Assembly (NCBI GenBank): GCA_963828735.1
Contig: CAWHFW010000004.1
Span: 96,001-160,000 of the forward strand
Length of the DNA stretch: 64,000 nt
Origin: an uncultured Gemmatimonadales bacterium
Lineage (GTDB): Bacteria > Gemmatimonadota > Gemmatimonadetes > Gemmatimonadales > GWC2-71-9
Direction of reading: 5' to 3'
Part shown: positions 38,189 to 48,261 of the stretch, one piece after another
Position numbering within the stretch: position 1 is the first letter of the stretch
How the letters are laid out: each line of letters starts with the position of its first letter
Notes under the pieces: model-generated
Told to the model about the DNA's origin: nothing
What the model saw: the letters and a program-made list of their open reading frames with translations, nothing else
The model's database searches: none
Made by a program: the position numbers and the translations under genes

Positions 38189-39408
38189 CGGTGGTCCGGA
38201 TGCTTCGCCTGGCCGCGGGAGGTGATGGTGTAGGCAAGCTCGAGGACGGGCGCACCGTGTTCGTCCCGCGCACGGCCCCGGGCGACCTGGTCGACCTCGT
38301 CGGCCTCCGCTCCCACAAGCGTTTCGCCCGTGCTCGGGTCGGCCGCGTGGTCGAGCCGTCGACCGACCGAGTGGCTCCGCGCTGTCCGCACTACGTGCGT
38401 GACGAATGCGGCGGATGCCAGCTCCAGCATCTGGACCCGAGCACCCAGCGCGAGGCGCGTCGCGGGTTCGTGGGCGACGCCCTCCGCCGCCTGGCTCGGC
38501 GGGACGTGCCCGATCCGCCGCTCGTCGCCAGCGACCGCGAGTTCGACTACCGCACCAAGATCACCCTCGCGGTGAGCGCCGACGGCCGGCGGATCGGGCT
38601 GCATCGCTATGATCGCGCCGACCAGGTGTTCGAGCTGGAGTGGTGCCACATCACCGTGCCCGAGCTGATGGAGCTGTGGCAGGGCCTCCGGCATCTGCGC
38701 CCGCTGCTGCCACCGCGGTTGCAATCGGTCGTCCTGCGTCTCGATCGCAACGGCGGGCGCCACGCCGTGTTCCGGACTGCGGCGGGTGAGGTGTGGGCTG
38801 GAGGGACGAAGCTTCGGGATGCGCTCGCCGCCCGCGGCCTCGCGGCCACGATCTGGTGGCAGGCCGAGGACGGTGCGCCACGCGCGATGGCGGGCGCGGG
38901 AGAGACATACCCTGCGACGGTGTTCGAGCAGGTCCATCCGGCCATGGGGGATCGCGTTCGCGCTCTGGCGCTCACCGCGCTGGGCGCCGTGGCCGGCCGA
39001 CACGTGTGGGACCTCTACGCCGGGATCGGCGAGACCACCGCAGCGCTCGCGGCGATGGGTGCGTCGGTCGAGAGCGTCGAGTCCGATCGTCGCGCCGTGG
39101 CCGAGGCGGAGCGGCGCGGCCCACCCGCGCGGCGCCACGCCGCCCGAGTGGAGCACGTCCTGGGCGAGCTCCGGCGACCGGACCTCGTGATTACCAATCC
39201 GCCCCGGACAGGCATGGACGCCCGGATCCCCGATGCCCTCGAGCGCCTGCGGCCTTCCCGCGTCGTGTACGTCTCATGCGACCCCGCCACCCTCGCGCGC
39301 GATCTTTCGCGCCTGCCAGGCTTTCGCCTCTCGGAAGTCCAGGCGTTCGACCTCTTCCCGCAGACCGCCCACGTCGAGGCCGTCGTCGTGCTGGACCTCG
39401 CCTCGTGA
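38185..39408 (+). CDS. TRAM-domain RlmD/RumA-like RNA (uracil-5)-methyltransferase
   Basis: CPHY..CGGCQLQH Fe-S motif, DLYAGIG, NPPRTG, YVSCDPATLARD, DLFPQTAHVE. Confidence 0.9.
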   Translation: MTVVRMLRLAAGGDGVGKLEDGRTVFVPRTAPGDLVDLVGLRSHKRFARARVGRVVEPSTDRVAPRCPHYVRDECGGCQLQHLDPSTQREARRGFVGDALRRLARRDVPDPPLVASDREFDYRTKITLAVSADGRRIGLHRYDRADQVFELEWCHITVPELMELWQGLRHLRPLLPPRLQSVVLRLDRNGGRHAVFRTAAGEVWAGGTKLRDALAARGLAATIWWQAEDGAPRAMAGAGETYPATVFEQVHPAMGDRVRALALTALGAVAGRHVWDLYAGIGETTAALAAMGASVESVESDRRAVAEAERRGPPARRHAARVEHVLGELRRPDLVITNPPRTGMDARIPDALERLRPSRVVYVSCDPATLARDLSRLPGFRLSEVQAFDLFPQTAHVEAVVVLDLAS

Positions 39409-39899
39409 AGTACATCGTCAGCGTCCTTGGCCGCGAGGTCGAGGTCGAGGTGGATGGCGATCGGGTCACGGTCGGGGGCCGGACCCTCATCGCGAGCCTG
39501 ACCGGGTCGGGCGCGCCGGTCCGTCAACTCCTCGTGGACGGCCGCTCGGAGTCGATGGCGGCCGAGGCGGCCGGCGGGGGCCGGTGGACGATCACCCGAC
39601 GCGGGGATCGGTGGGATCTCGAGGTCGTGGACGAGCGCACCCGGTACATTCGCGGCCTGGCCGGGAGTGGGGACAAAGCCCGCGGCCTGGCCGCCCTCAA
39701 GGCTCCGATGCCGGGCCTCGTGGTCCGCGTGCAGGTGGAGGCAGGAGCGACAGTGTCCACCGGGGCAGGGCTCGTTGTCCTCGAGGCCATGAAGATGGAG
39801 AACGAGCTTCGGGCCACGACGGCTGGCACGGTTCGGGTCGTCCGGGTGCGCCCCGGTGAGGCCGTCGAGAAAGGGCAGGTCCTGGTGGAGTTTGACTGA
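39405..39899 (+). CDS. Biotin carboxyl carrier protein
   Basis: APMPG...LEAMKMENE biotinyl motif. Confidence 0.94.
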   Translation: MKYIVSVLGREVEVEVDGDRVTVGGRTLIASLTGSGAPVRQLLVDGRSESMAAEAAGGGRWTITRRGDRWDLEVVDERTRYIRGLAGSGDKARGLAALKAPMPGLVVRVQVEAGATVSTGAGLVVLEAMKMENELRATTAGTVRVVRVRPGEAVEKGQVLVEFD

Positions 39900-39934
39900 G
39901 CGCCATCGGTCCCCGTTTCACGCGCTCCAGCCCC

Positions 39935-39964
39935 TTGACCCGATCCGCTTCAGCCGGCTATCTT
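39935..39964 (+). promoter_or_regulatory. Sigma70 promoter of the rplM operon
   Basis: TTGACC-N18-TATCTT. Confidence 0.65.
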
Positions 39965-40015
39965 GTGAGTCTGTCTCGATTTGACCCGATTCCAGATGCA
40001 AGGCCCAAAGAGCTC

Positions 40016-40468
40016 ATGAAAACCTTCACCGCCACCCCGGCCGACATCAGTCACGACTGGCACGTCGTCGATGCCGCCAACGTGCCGCTCGGGCGGCTGG
40101 CCAGCGTCGTGGCCCAGCTGATCCGGGGCAAGCACAAGCCGACCTACACCCCGCACATGGACGGCGGTGATTTCGTCGTCGTGATCAACGCCGAGAAGGT
40201 TCGGCTGACCGGACGGAAGCTCGACAACAAGAAGTACTTCGGGCACACCGGCTACATGGGCCACGAGAGCTTCACCAGGGCGCGCGATCTCATGGCGAAG
40301 CATCCGGACCGGGTCATCGAGAAGGCGGTGTTCGGCATGCTGCCCAAGACCTCGCTCGCCAAGCAGAAGCTGCGCGGCAAGCTCAAAGTCTACGCCGGTC
40401 CGGAGCACCCGCATGTCGCCCAGCAGCCCAAGCCGTTCTCCGTCACTCCGTCGAAGGTGAGTGCATGA
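40016..40468 (+). CDS. rplM: 50S ribosomal protein L13
   Basis: WHVVDA...LGRLAS...GKHKPTYTPHMDGGD. Confidence 0.98.
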   Translation: MKTFTATPADISHDWHVVDAANVPLGRLASVVAQLIRGKHKPTYTPHMDGGDFVVVINAEKVRLTGRKLDNKKYFGHTGYMGHESFTRARDLMAKHPDRVIEKAVFGMLPKTSLAKQKLRGKLKVYAGPEHPHVAQQPKPFSVTPSKVSA

Positions 40469-40866
40469 CCGCCGCCCCCGAATTCCGCTGGCAGGCCGTG
40501 GGCCGCCGCAAGACGAGCGTCGCCCGGGTGTACCTGACCCCCGGCACCGGCAAGTGGGACATCAACGGGCGCACGCTCGGTGATTACTTCCCGCGGCCGT
40601 CGCTGGTGCAGCACATTCAGCAGAGCTTCACCGCCACCGACACGCTCGGCGCGTTCGACGTGCGGGCGCATGTGGATGGCGGCGGCCAGGCCGGCCAGGC
40701 AGGCGCGCTCCGGCTCGCGATCGCGCGGGCGCTGGTGGAGGCGGACGGGCAGCACCGGACCAAGCTCCGAGCCGCCGGGCTCATGACGCGCGATCCGCGC
40801 GCCGTCGAGCGCAAGAAGCCGGGCCGTCCGGGCGCCCGGAAGCGGTTCCAGTTCAGTAAACGGTAG
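40465..40866 (+). CDS. rpsI: 30S ribosomal protein S9
   Basis: GRRKTSVARV...ERKKPG...ARKRFQFSKR. Confidence 0.98.
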   Translation: MTAAPEFRWQAVGRRKTSVARVYLTPGTGKWDINGRTLGDYFPRPSLVQHIQQSFTATDTLGAFDVRAHVDGGGQAGQAGALRLAIARALVEADGQHRTKLRAAGLMTRDPRAVERKKPGRPGARKRFQFSKR

Positions 40867-40874
40867 TCAGACAT

Positions 40875-40920
40875 CGGACGGTCGGACGGGCCAGGACCAT
40901 TCTGACCGTCAGACCGTCCG
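40875..40920. repeat. REP-like palindrome built from GGACGGTC/GACCGTC units
   Basis: CGGACGGTCGGACGG...CCGTCAGACCGTCCG. Confidence 0.5.
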
Positions 40921-40937
40921 CCAGTCGACACCGATTT

Positions 40938-41013
40938 CGCACATCGCGGGATCCGGTCGTGGGTGCCCCTTCGGGGGAAGCGGCCGGAGATGAACGCGGT
41001 GGACGCTCAACCC
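40938..41013 (+). ncRNA. rpsB leader (t44/S2 autoregulatory RNA-like)
   Basis: GGGTGCCCCTTCGGGG and GTGGACGCTCAACCC directly upstream of rpsB. Confidence 0.65.
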
Positions 41014-41041
41014 TCAAGACAGATTGGATACGCACACCCGC

Positions 41042-41926
41042 ATGGCACAGCCCCAACTGCAGGACCTGCTCGAAGCCGGCGTCCATTTCGGCCACCAGAC
41101 CCGCCGGTGGAACCCGAAGATGCGGCGTTTCATCTTCGCCGAGCGCTCGGGCATCTACATCATCGACCTCCAGAAGACCCTTCGTCAGATCCAGAAGGCG
41201 CAGGAGCTGCTCAAGAGCGTCGTCCTCAAGGGCGAGGGCGTGCTTTTCGTCTGCACCAAGAAGCAGCTCAAGGCCATCGTGCAGGCCGAGGCGGCTGACT
41301 GCGGCGCCTTCTACGTGACGGAGCGCTGGCTCGGCGGCATGCTCACCAACTTCCAGACGCTCAAGAAGCAGATCCGGCGTCTGCGGGAGCTGGAGCAGGG
41401 CGCGGCGGATGGCGACTTCGAGAACTACACCAAGAAGGAAAAGCTGCTGTTCGAGCGCGAGCGCGTGAAGCTGAGCCGGAACCTCGAGGGCATCAAGCAG
41501 ATGGGCCGGCTCCCGGGCGCCCTGTTCATCGTGGACGCGAAGAAGGAGAAGATCGCTGTCGCCGAGGCCAACAAGCTCGGCGTGCCGGTCGTCGCCATCG
41601 TGGACACGAACGCCGATCCGGACGTCATTACGGTGCCGGTGCCCGGCAATGACGACGCGATTCGCTCGGTCAGCCTGATCACCGCCGCCCTGTCGGACGT
41701 GATCAAGGAAGCCCGTCAGCAGATGCCGATGCGCGAGGTCAGCGAGGATCTCGAGGCCGAGACCTACAGCACCGACACCGGCAGCGAGGGCGACAGCGAA
41801 GATCGGAAGCGGCGGCGGCCGCGGCGGAAGCGCCGGCCGAAGCCGGAGGCGATCGCGGCTCGGCTCAAGACCGACGCCGACGGCGCGGAGGCCGCCACGA
41901 CGGGCGCCGCCGGCGAGGGCGCCTAG
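41042..41926 (+). CDS. rpsB: 30S ribosomal protein S2
   Basis: LLEAGVHFGHQTRRWNPKM, RWLGGMLTNF, PGNDDAIRS. Confidence 0.98.
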   Translation: MAQPQLQDLLEAGVHFGHQTRRWNPKMRRFIFAERSGIYIIDLQKTLRQIQKAQELLKSVVLKGEGVLFVCTKKQLKAIVQAEAADCGAFYVTERWLGGMLTNFQTLKKQIRRLRELEQGAADGDFENYTKKEKLLFERERVKLSRNLEGIKQMGRLPGALFIVDAKKEKIAVAEANKLGVPVVAIVDTNADPDVITVPVPGNDDAIRSVSLITAALSDVIKEARQQMPMREVSEDLEAETYSTDTGSEGDSEDRKRRRPRRKRRPKPEAIAARLKTDADGAEAATTGAAGEGA

Positions 41927-41952
41927 CGAGACCGTGTGACCCCGCGCGACGA

Positions 41953-42008
41953 GTCACCCTGAGCGAAGCGAAGGGGCCATGCCTCGAGGTATGGCCCCTT
42001 CGCTTCGC
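41953..42008. repeat. Truncated REP/MITE-like palindromic element
   Basis: GTCACCCTGA-GCGAAGCGAAGGGGCCATGCCT-CG-AGGTATGGCCCCTTCGCTTCGC. Confidence 0.7.
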
Positions 42009-42091
42009 CGGACGCACTCGATGGCGGCGCCCGTGCGGGCCGTGCGCGGCGGCCTTACTATTCACCCCTGACTGCATCCTGGCTGGAGACT

Positions 42092-42697
42092 ATGGCGAGC
42101 GCGACGATTTCCGCGAAGGACGTGGGCGAGCTCCGGGCACGCACCGGCGCGGGCATGATGGACTGCAAGCGGGCCCTGGAAGAGGCCGGCGGCGACATGG
42201 ACAAGGCGGGCGAGATCCTTCGCAAGAAGGGAATCGCCAAGGCCGAGAAGCGCGCGGGCCGCACCGCGTCGCAGGGACTCGTCTTGAGCTACATCCACCA
42301 CAACCACCAGGTGGGCGTGCTGCTGGAGCTCAACAGCGAGACCGACTTCGTGGCCCGGAACGAGGCGTTCCGCGAGCTGGCCCGCGAGATTGCGATCCAC
42401 ATCGCCTCGGCCGACCCGATCGGCGTGTCGGCGTCGGACATCCCGGCCGAGCTGCTCGATCGCGAGCGGCGCATCGCCGAGGAGCAGGTGGTGGCGGAGG
42501 GCAAGCCCGAAAACGTGCGGGCCAAGATCGTGGAGGGGAAGCTCAAGAAATTCGTCGCCGAGCGGACCCTGCTCGAGCAGCCCTTCGTGAAGGACGATTC
42601 GAAGACCGTGGGTGACCTGGTGAAGGAGGTGTCGGGCAAGCTGGGCGAGGTGGTGACCGTCCGGCGGTTCGCCCGGTTCCAGGTCGGAGCGGCCTGA
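42092..42697 (+). CDS. tsf: Elongation factor Ts (short form)
   Basis: [25 protein letters not shown]. Confidence 0.98.
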   Translation: MASATISAKDVGELRARTGAGMMDCKRALEEAGGDMDKAGEILRKKGIAKAEKRAGRTASQGLVLSYIHHNHQVGVLLELNSETDFVARNEAFRELAREIAIHIASADPIGVSASDIPAELLDRERRIAEEQVVAEGKPENVRAKIVEGKLKKFVAERTLLEQPFVKDDSKTVGDLVKEVSGKLGEVVTVRRFARFQVGAA

Positions 42698-43407
42698 TGG
42701 CCCTCGCCTACACCCGCGCCCTGCTCAAGATTTCGGGCGAGGCGCTGGGCGGCGAGAAAGGCTCCGGCCTCGACTTTCACGTCGTCGAGGCGTTCGCGGA
42801 AGAGATCAAGGCGGTGCACGCCCTCGGCGTGAACCTCGCCCTGGTGGTGGGCGGCGGAAACATCATCCGGGGCGCCACGGCCAGCCGGGAAGGGCTCGAC
42901 CGTGTCTCCGCCGACTACATGGGCATGCTGGCCACGGTCATCAACGCCCTCGCGCTGCAGGACGTACTCGAGAAGATCGGCGTGAACACCCGCGTCATGA
43001 CGGCCATCCGCATGGAATCGGTGGCCGAGCCCTACATCCGGCGCCGCGCCGTCCGCCACCTCGAGAAGGGCCGTCTCATCATCTTCGCTGCCGGCACGGG
43101 CAACCCGTTCTTCTCGACCGATACCGCCGGCGTCCTCCGGGCGCTCGAGATCGAGGCCGAAGTGATCCTCAAGGCCACCAACGTGGACGGGGTCTACACC
43201 GGCGATCCGAGGACGGACCCCGCCGCGACGTTCATTCCCGAGCTCACGTACCAGGAAGCGATCGTCAAGAACTACGCCGTAATGGACGCCAACGCGTTCG
43301 GTCTGTGCAAGGCCAACCAGCTTCCGATCGTCGTCTTCAACATCAACCAGCCCGGTGCCATCTCCCGAGTGCTGCAAGGTGACCGGGTGGGGACCCTCGT
43401 CCGATGA
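42697..43407 (+). CDS. pyrH: UMP kinase
   Basis: [27 protein letters not shown]. Confidence 0.98.
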   Translation: MALAYTRALLKISGEALGGEKGSGLDFHVVEAFAEEIKAVHALGVNLALVVGGGNIIRGATASREGLDRVSADYMGMLATVINALALQDVLEKIGVNTRVMTAIRMESVAEPYIRRRAVRHLEKGRLIIFAAGTGNPFFSTDTAGVLRALEIEAEVILKATNVDGVYTGDPRTDPAATFIPELTYQEAIVKNYAVMDANAFGLCKANQLPIVVFNINQPGAISRVLQGDRVGTLVR

Positions 43408-43958
43408 GCACGATTCCCGAACTGACGAAGCACGCCCGCGAGCTGATGCACAAGGCGGTGGACAGCACCAAGCGCGAGTTCAGCGGGATCCGGAGCGGTA
43501 AGGCGAGCACGTCGCTGCTCGACGTCGTTCGGGTCGAGGCGTACGGCAATACGATGCCGCTCAACCAGGTGGCGATGGTCGCCGCGCCCGAGGCCCGCCT
43601 CCTCACCGTCCAGCCGTTCGACAAGTCGCTCACCCAGGCCATCGAGAAGGCCATCAGGGACTCCGACCTCGGCCTCAACCCCGCGACTCAGGGGAACCTG
43701 ATCCGAGTGCCGTTGCCTGCCCTGTCGGAGGAGCGCCGCAAGGAGCTGGTGAAGGTGGTTCACAAGCTGGCGGAGGAAGGCCGGATCGCCGTGCGGCACG
43801 CGCGCACCGAGACGATGTCGAAGATCAAGAAGCTCGAGAAAGTCTCGGAGGACGACAAGACGCGCGCCGAGAAGGATGTGCAGAAGATCACCGACGAGCA
43901 CATCAAGCTGATCGACGGGCTCATCCACTCCAAAGAAGCCGAGATCATGGAAGTCTGA
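43404..43958 (+). CDS. frr: Ribosome recycling factor
   Basis: [23 protein letters not shown]. Confidence 0.98.
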   Translation: MSTIPELTKHARELMHKAVDSTKREFSGIRSGKASTSLLDVVRVEAYGNTMPLNQVAMVAAPEARLLTVQPFDKSLTQAIEKAIRDSDLGLNPATQGNLIRVPLPALSEERRKELVKVVHKLAEEGRIAVRHARTETMSKIKKLEKVSEDDKTRAEKDVQKITDEHIKLIDGLIHSKEAEIMEV

Positions 43959-43961
43959 CGC

Positions 43962-44702
43962 ATGAGCGACGACCTCCTGCGGCGGATTCGGGTGCACGGC
44001 TCGGTGCCGTCCCACATCGCGATCATCATGGACGGCAACGGCCGGTGGGCGCGGGGCCGAGCGCTGCCGCGGCCGCTCGGCCACCACGCGGGAATGGGCG
44101 CCGTGCGGGAGGTGATCCAGGGCTGCCTCGACGCACAGGTCGGCGTGCTCAGCCTGTTCGCGTTCAGCCAGGAGAACTGGCAGCGTCCAGCGGGCGAGAT
44201 CGACGCGCTGATGAGCCTGCTCGAGGAGTACATCGCGCGCGAGGTGGACAACCTGCGCGAGAAGCGCGTCTCGGTCCGCATCCTGGGCGAGCTCGACCGG
44301 CTCGCGCCGGGCGCGCGGCAGGCGGTGGATCGGGTCATGGCGGAGACCGCGCACGGCACCGAGCTCGCCCTGAACCTGTGCATCTCCTACAGCAGCCGGG
44401 CCGAGATCACCCGCGCGGCGCGCGCACTGGCAGAAGATGCCGCCGCCGGCCGGCTCGACCCCTCGGACATCGACGAGGAGGCCGTGGCGCGGCGCCTCTA
44501 CACCGCGCCCTGGCCCGATCCCGATCTCCTCATCCGCACCTCGGGCGAGATGCGGATCTCGAACTTTCTTCTCTGGCAGCTCGCCTACGCCGAGTTGTAC
44601 GTGACTCCCGTCCTCTGGCCGGACTTCACCCGGCGCCACCTGTTCGAAGCCATCCTCGAATTTCAGCGGCGCGACCGCAGATTCGGGCGCGTTACCGTCT
44701 GA
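43962..44702 (+). CDS. uppS: Undecaprenyl/polyprenyl diphosphate synthase
   Basis: HIAIIMDGNGRWA, IRTSGEMRISNFLLWQ. Confidence 0.97.
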   Translation: MSDDLLRRIRVHGSVPSHIAIIMDGNGRWARGRALPRPLGHHAGMGAVREVIQGCLDAQVGVLSLFAFSQENWQRPAGEIDALMSLLEEYIAREVDNLREKRVSVRILGELDRLAPGARQAVDRVMAETAHGTELALNLCISYSSRAEITRAARALAEDAAAGRLDPSDIDEEAVARRLYTAPWPDPDLLIRTSGEMRISNFLLWQLAYAELYVTPVLWPDFTRRHLFEAILEFQRRDRRFGRVTV

Positions 44703-45571
44703 TGGACGCCAATCTCGTCCGGCGCGTCGGATTCGCCGTCGTGGCGATTCCGGTGGCCCTGCTCATCATCTGGTACGGCGGGGTGCCGCTCGCCATCCTC
44801 CTGGCCGCCGCAGGCGCCCTGGCGACGCGCGAGCTGTTCGACCTGGCCGAGCGCGGGCAGGTCCGGCCCGCCCGTGCGCTCGGCCTCGTGAGCGCGGCGG
44901 CGATCGCGCCCCTCACCTACGCGACGATCGCCGCCGAAGACGTGCGTGCCGTCGTCGCCGAGTCGTGGCCGTACGCCGCCGGGCTCTGGCTCCTGGCGGT
45001 CCTGATCTGGGGACTGTTGGCCCGCGGCCCGACGGAGCGGCCGCTGGCGGCAGTAGCCGTCACCGTGCTCGCCGTGGCGTACACCGCGGGCCTCCCGGCG
45101 TTCCTCCTCGCGATCCGCCACAGCGGCTTCGGGCTCCGGAACTGGGCGGGCGCGTGGCTCGTCTTCTATCCGCTGATCGTCACCTGGGTGGTCGACACGG
45201 CCGCGATGTTCGGCGGCCGGGCGATCGGGGGACCGAAGCTCGCCCCCACCGTGAGCCCCGGCAAGACCCGGTCGGGCAGCATCGCGGGGGTGGTCGGCGG
45301 CCTCGTGATGGCCCCGCTGTTCGCGGCCGGCGTGTTTCCCCGGGTGGGGCTCACGATTCCGCTCTGGCATCTGCTCGCGATCGCGGCGGTGCTCGGCGTG
45401 ATCGGGCAGGCCGGCGACCTGGCCGAGTCGCTGTTCAAGCGGGAGGCGGGCGTCAAGGATTCGAGCCATCTCATCCCGGGGCACGGCGGGGTTCTGGACC
45501 GGCTCGACTCGCTCTACTTCGTGATTCCCGTGGCGGCCGCGATGTACCGCATGTTCGGAATCATCCGGTGA
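44702..45571 (+). CDS. cdsA: Phosphatidate cytidylyltransferase
   Basis: SPGKT, GDLAESLFKREAGVKDS, PGHGGVLDRLDS. Confidence 0.97.
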   Translation: MDANLVRRVGFAVVAIPVALLIIWYGGVPLAILLAAAGALATRELFDLAERGQVRPARALGLVSAAAIAPLTYATIAAEDVRAVVAESWPYAAGLWLLAVLIWGLLARGPTERPLAAVAVTVLAVAYTAGLPAFLLAIRHSGFGLRNWAGAWLVFYPLIVTWVVDTAAMFGGRAIGGPKLAPTVSPGKTRSGSIAGVVGGLVMAPLFAAGVFPRVGLTIPLWHLLAIAAVLGVIGQAGDLAESLFKREAGVKDSSHLIPGHGGVLDRLDSLYFVIPVAAAMYRMFGIIR

Positions 45572-46704
45572 CCATGGCGCCGGCGACCGTCCGCGGCGTG
45601 GCCGTCCTGGGCTCGACCGGCTCGGTCGGCCGGAGCACCCTCGCGGTGCTGCGGCGCCAGGCGGAGCACTTTCACCTCGTGGCCCTGACGGCGGGGAAGA
45701 ACGTCGAGGCGTTCGACCATCAGGTGAGGGAATGGCGCCCCGCCTTCGCCGGGCTCGCGGGCGGGGACGGCACCGGCTACCCCAGCGGACCAGACGTGCT
45801 GCTGCAGGCCGCGACGCACCCCGACGTCGACGTCGTCGTCAATGCGGTCGTCGGGGCGGCGGGCCTGGACGCCACGCTGGCCGCCCTCCGGGCGGGGAAG
45901 CGGGTCGCGCTCGCCAACAAGGAAACCCTGGTCATGGCCGGCGACCTGGTGGCCCAGGCCGCGTGTGCCGGCGGTGGGGAGTTGGTGCCGGTGGACTCGG
46001 AGCACAGCGCGGTGCTCCAGTGCGTCACGGGGCGAGAGGCCGGACTGTGCCGGCTCATCCTCACCTGCTCTGGGGGACCCTTCCGCGAGTGGCCGGCGGA
46101 GCGGGTGCGGACGGCCACGGTCGAAGAGGCGCTTCGTCACCCGACCTGGCAGATGGGCACCAAGATCACGGTGGACAGCGCGACGCTCGCGAACAAGGCG
46201 CTCGAGCTGATCGAGGCGCACCACCTGTTCGGGCTCTCGTACGACGCGCTCGAGGTGGTGGTCCACCCGCAGAGCATCGTGCACGCGTTCGTGGAGTTCT
46301 GCGACGGCAGCGTCATCGGCCAGCTGGGGTTCCCGTCCATGGAGCTGCCGATCCTGTACGCGCTCACCCATCCGGCGCGTCTGCCCGACGAGGGCGTGCG
46401 CCGATTCGACCCCGTGGCGGCCGGCACGCTCACCTTCGAGCCGGTGCGGATGGATGTCTTCCGGGCCCTGGCCGCGGGCGTCGCGGCCGGCCGGGCGGGG
46501 GGGATTTCGCCGGCGGTGTTCAACGCGGCCAACGAGGTCGCCGTCGCCGCATTCCTCGCCGGCGAGGCGTCCTTCGGCCGCATCAGCCAGATCATCGAGC
46601 GCGTGCTCGACGATCATATTCCTGGTCCCGCCACCAGCGTGCCCGTCGTGCGCGAGGCCGACCAGTGGGCGCGCCTCCGTGCGCGCGACTACGTGCGAGC
46701 GTGA
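45568..46704 (+). CDS. dxr: DXP reductoisomerase
   Basis: LGSTGSVG, LANKE, PVDSEH, KITVDSAT, NAANE. Confidence 0.97.
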   Translation: MTMAPATVRGVAVLGSTGSVGRSTLAVLRRQAEHFHLVALTAGKNVEAFDHQVREWRPAFAGLAGGDGTGYPSGPDVLLQAATHPDVDVVVNAVVGAAGLDATLAALRAGKRVALANKETLVMAGDLVAQAACAGGGELVPVDSEHSAVLQCVTGREAGLCRLILTCSGGPFREWPAERVRTATVEEALRHPTWQMGTKITVDSATLANKALELIEAHHLFGLSYDALEVVVHPQSIVHAFVEFCDGSVIGQLGFPSMELPILYALTHPARLPDEGVRRFDPVAAGTLTFEPVRMDVFRALAAGVAAGRAGGISPAVFNAANEVAVAAFLAGEASFGRISQIIERVLDDHIPGPATSVPVVREADQWARLRARDYVRA

Positions 46705-46711
46705 GGTTGTC

Positions 46712-48076
46712 GTGCTGATCACCGTCATTTCGCTGATCGTGGTGCTGGGCGTGCTGGTCTTCGTGCACGAGGCCGGCCATTTCATCGCCGCCAAGTGGGC
46801 GGGCATCTACGTGCACCGCTTCTCGCTGGGCCTCGGCTCCCCCGTTCCGTGGCTCACGTTCCGGCGTGGCGAGACCGAGTACTCGATCTCGTGGCTGCCG
46901 CTCGGCGGCTACGTGAAGATGGCGAGCCGGGAGGAGGACATCGCCAGCAGTCCCCTCGAGGGAGGGCGGCCTGAGGACGTCGTGCCGGCCAACCGGATGT
47001 TCGAGGCCAAGCCGGTCTGGCAGCGGATGATCGTCATCCTGGCGGGCGTGACGATGAACGCGTTGTTCGCTTGGTTCCTGTACACGCTCCTGGCCGTCAA
47101 GAGCGGCCGGCCGGTCGATCCGGTCACGACGGTGGGCCGGGTCGTGGATGACCTGCTGCCGCCGGAAGCCGAGGCGTTCAAGCGGATCCAGCCCGGTACG
47201 CGGATCGTCCGGGTCAACGGCGCGCCCGTCACCTCGTGGGGCGAGATCACCAACGCCATCGCGAACACGCCCGACACGGCGATCCGTCTCGAGCTCGGCG
47301 ACGGCTCGGTCGTGTCCGCGCCGATCCATCCCGACGCCCTCGAACAGCGGCTCAAGGCCGCGCAGGCGCTGCAGCCGTACCGGGCGCCCGTCGTGGGCCA
47401 GGTGTTGCCGGACCGCCCCGCGGCCCGCGCGGGCGTGCAGCCGGGCGACACGATCGCCGCGATCAACGGGCAGCCGGTCACCCAGTGGTACGACCTGCTC
47501 GAGCGGCTGCAGAAGAACGGCCAGCGCCCGCTCGAGATGGAGGTGGCTCGGGCGGGGGGACGGCAGCGTTTCCAGATCACACCGTACGTGGACTCAATCA
47601 TCGGTCCGACGGGGAAGCCCGAGGCGATCGGCCGGATCGGCGTGGGGGTGGCGGGGGCGTTCCGGTCGGAGCGACTCAGCTTCGGGCAGGCGGTGGTGGA
47701 GGGATGGCGCAATACGGTGTCGGCGTCGACCCAGATCGTGCGCACGGTTCGGGGCCTCTTCAGCGGACGCATCTCCAAGCGTGAGGTCGGTGGCCCGATC
47801 CTCATCGGCCAGCTGGCGGGAGAAAGCGCGCGCCTGGGGATCGACGCCTTCCTCAACTTCATGGCGCTGATCTCGATCAACCTGGCGGTGCTGAACCTCC
47901 TGCCGGTCCCGGTGCTGGACGGGGGTCAGTTCCTGTTCCTGCTGGCCGAAGCTGTGGTCCGTCGCCCGCTCCCGTTGAAGTTGCGCGAGCGGCTCACGAT
48001 GGTGGGACTGGTGCTGATCGTCCTGCTGATGGGTCTGGCCTTCTCGAATGATCTTCGGAGATTGTTCGGGGCGTAG
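46712..48076 (+). CDS. rseP: RIP metalloprotease RseP
   Basis: HEAGH, PLGGYVKM, two PDZ domains, NLLPVPVLDGG. Confidence 0.96.
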   Translation: MLITVISLIVVLGVLVFVHEAGHFIAAKWAGIYVHRFSLGLGSPVPWLTFRRGETEYSISWLPLGGYVKMASREEDIASSPLEGGRPEDVVPANRMFEAKPVWQRMIVILAGVTMNALFAWFLYTLLAVKSGRPVDPVTTVGRVVDDLLPPEAEAFKRIQPGTRIVRVNGAPVTSWGEITNAIANTPDTAIRLELGDGSVVSAPIHPDALEQRLKAAQALQPYRAPVVGQVLPDRPAARAGVQPGDTIAAINGQPVTQWYDLLERLQKNGQRPLEMEVARAGGRQRFQITPYVDSIIGPTGKPEAIGRIGVGVAGAFRSERLSFGQAVVEGWRNTVSASTQIVRTVRGLFSGRISKREVGGPILIGQLAGESARLGIDAFLNFMALISINLAVLNLLPVPVLDGGQFLFLLAEAVVRRPLPLKLRERLTMVGLVLIVLLMGLAFSNDLRRLFGA

Positions 48077-48261
48077 GCGGAGGCAGCTGAGGGCTCGAGG
48101 CACATCACGCGGCGGGCAGAGCAGTGGGCGCGCCAGTAGGAGAGCCCGAAAAGGATGGGTTAGGGAGGTCCGCCGTCCGCCCTTGTCCTCCTCCACCGCC
48201 TTGGTTATTCTACCGTGCTACAACGGATTACGACGCCAAACGCATAGAGGACCAGGGCAGC

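Noticed and set aside
39935..39992. Direct repeat TTGACCCGAT (39935 and 39981) upstream of rplM
   Set aside because: Only two 10-nt copies, one being the -35 box; the second has no -10 partner, so no function can be claimed.
41800..41926. Arg-rich C-terminal tail of S2 (also the poly-Arg tail of TetR and the Pro/Ala tail of MreC)
   Set aside because: Low-complexity extensions are common in GC-rich bacteria; no evidence of a distinct function.
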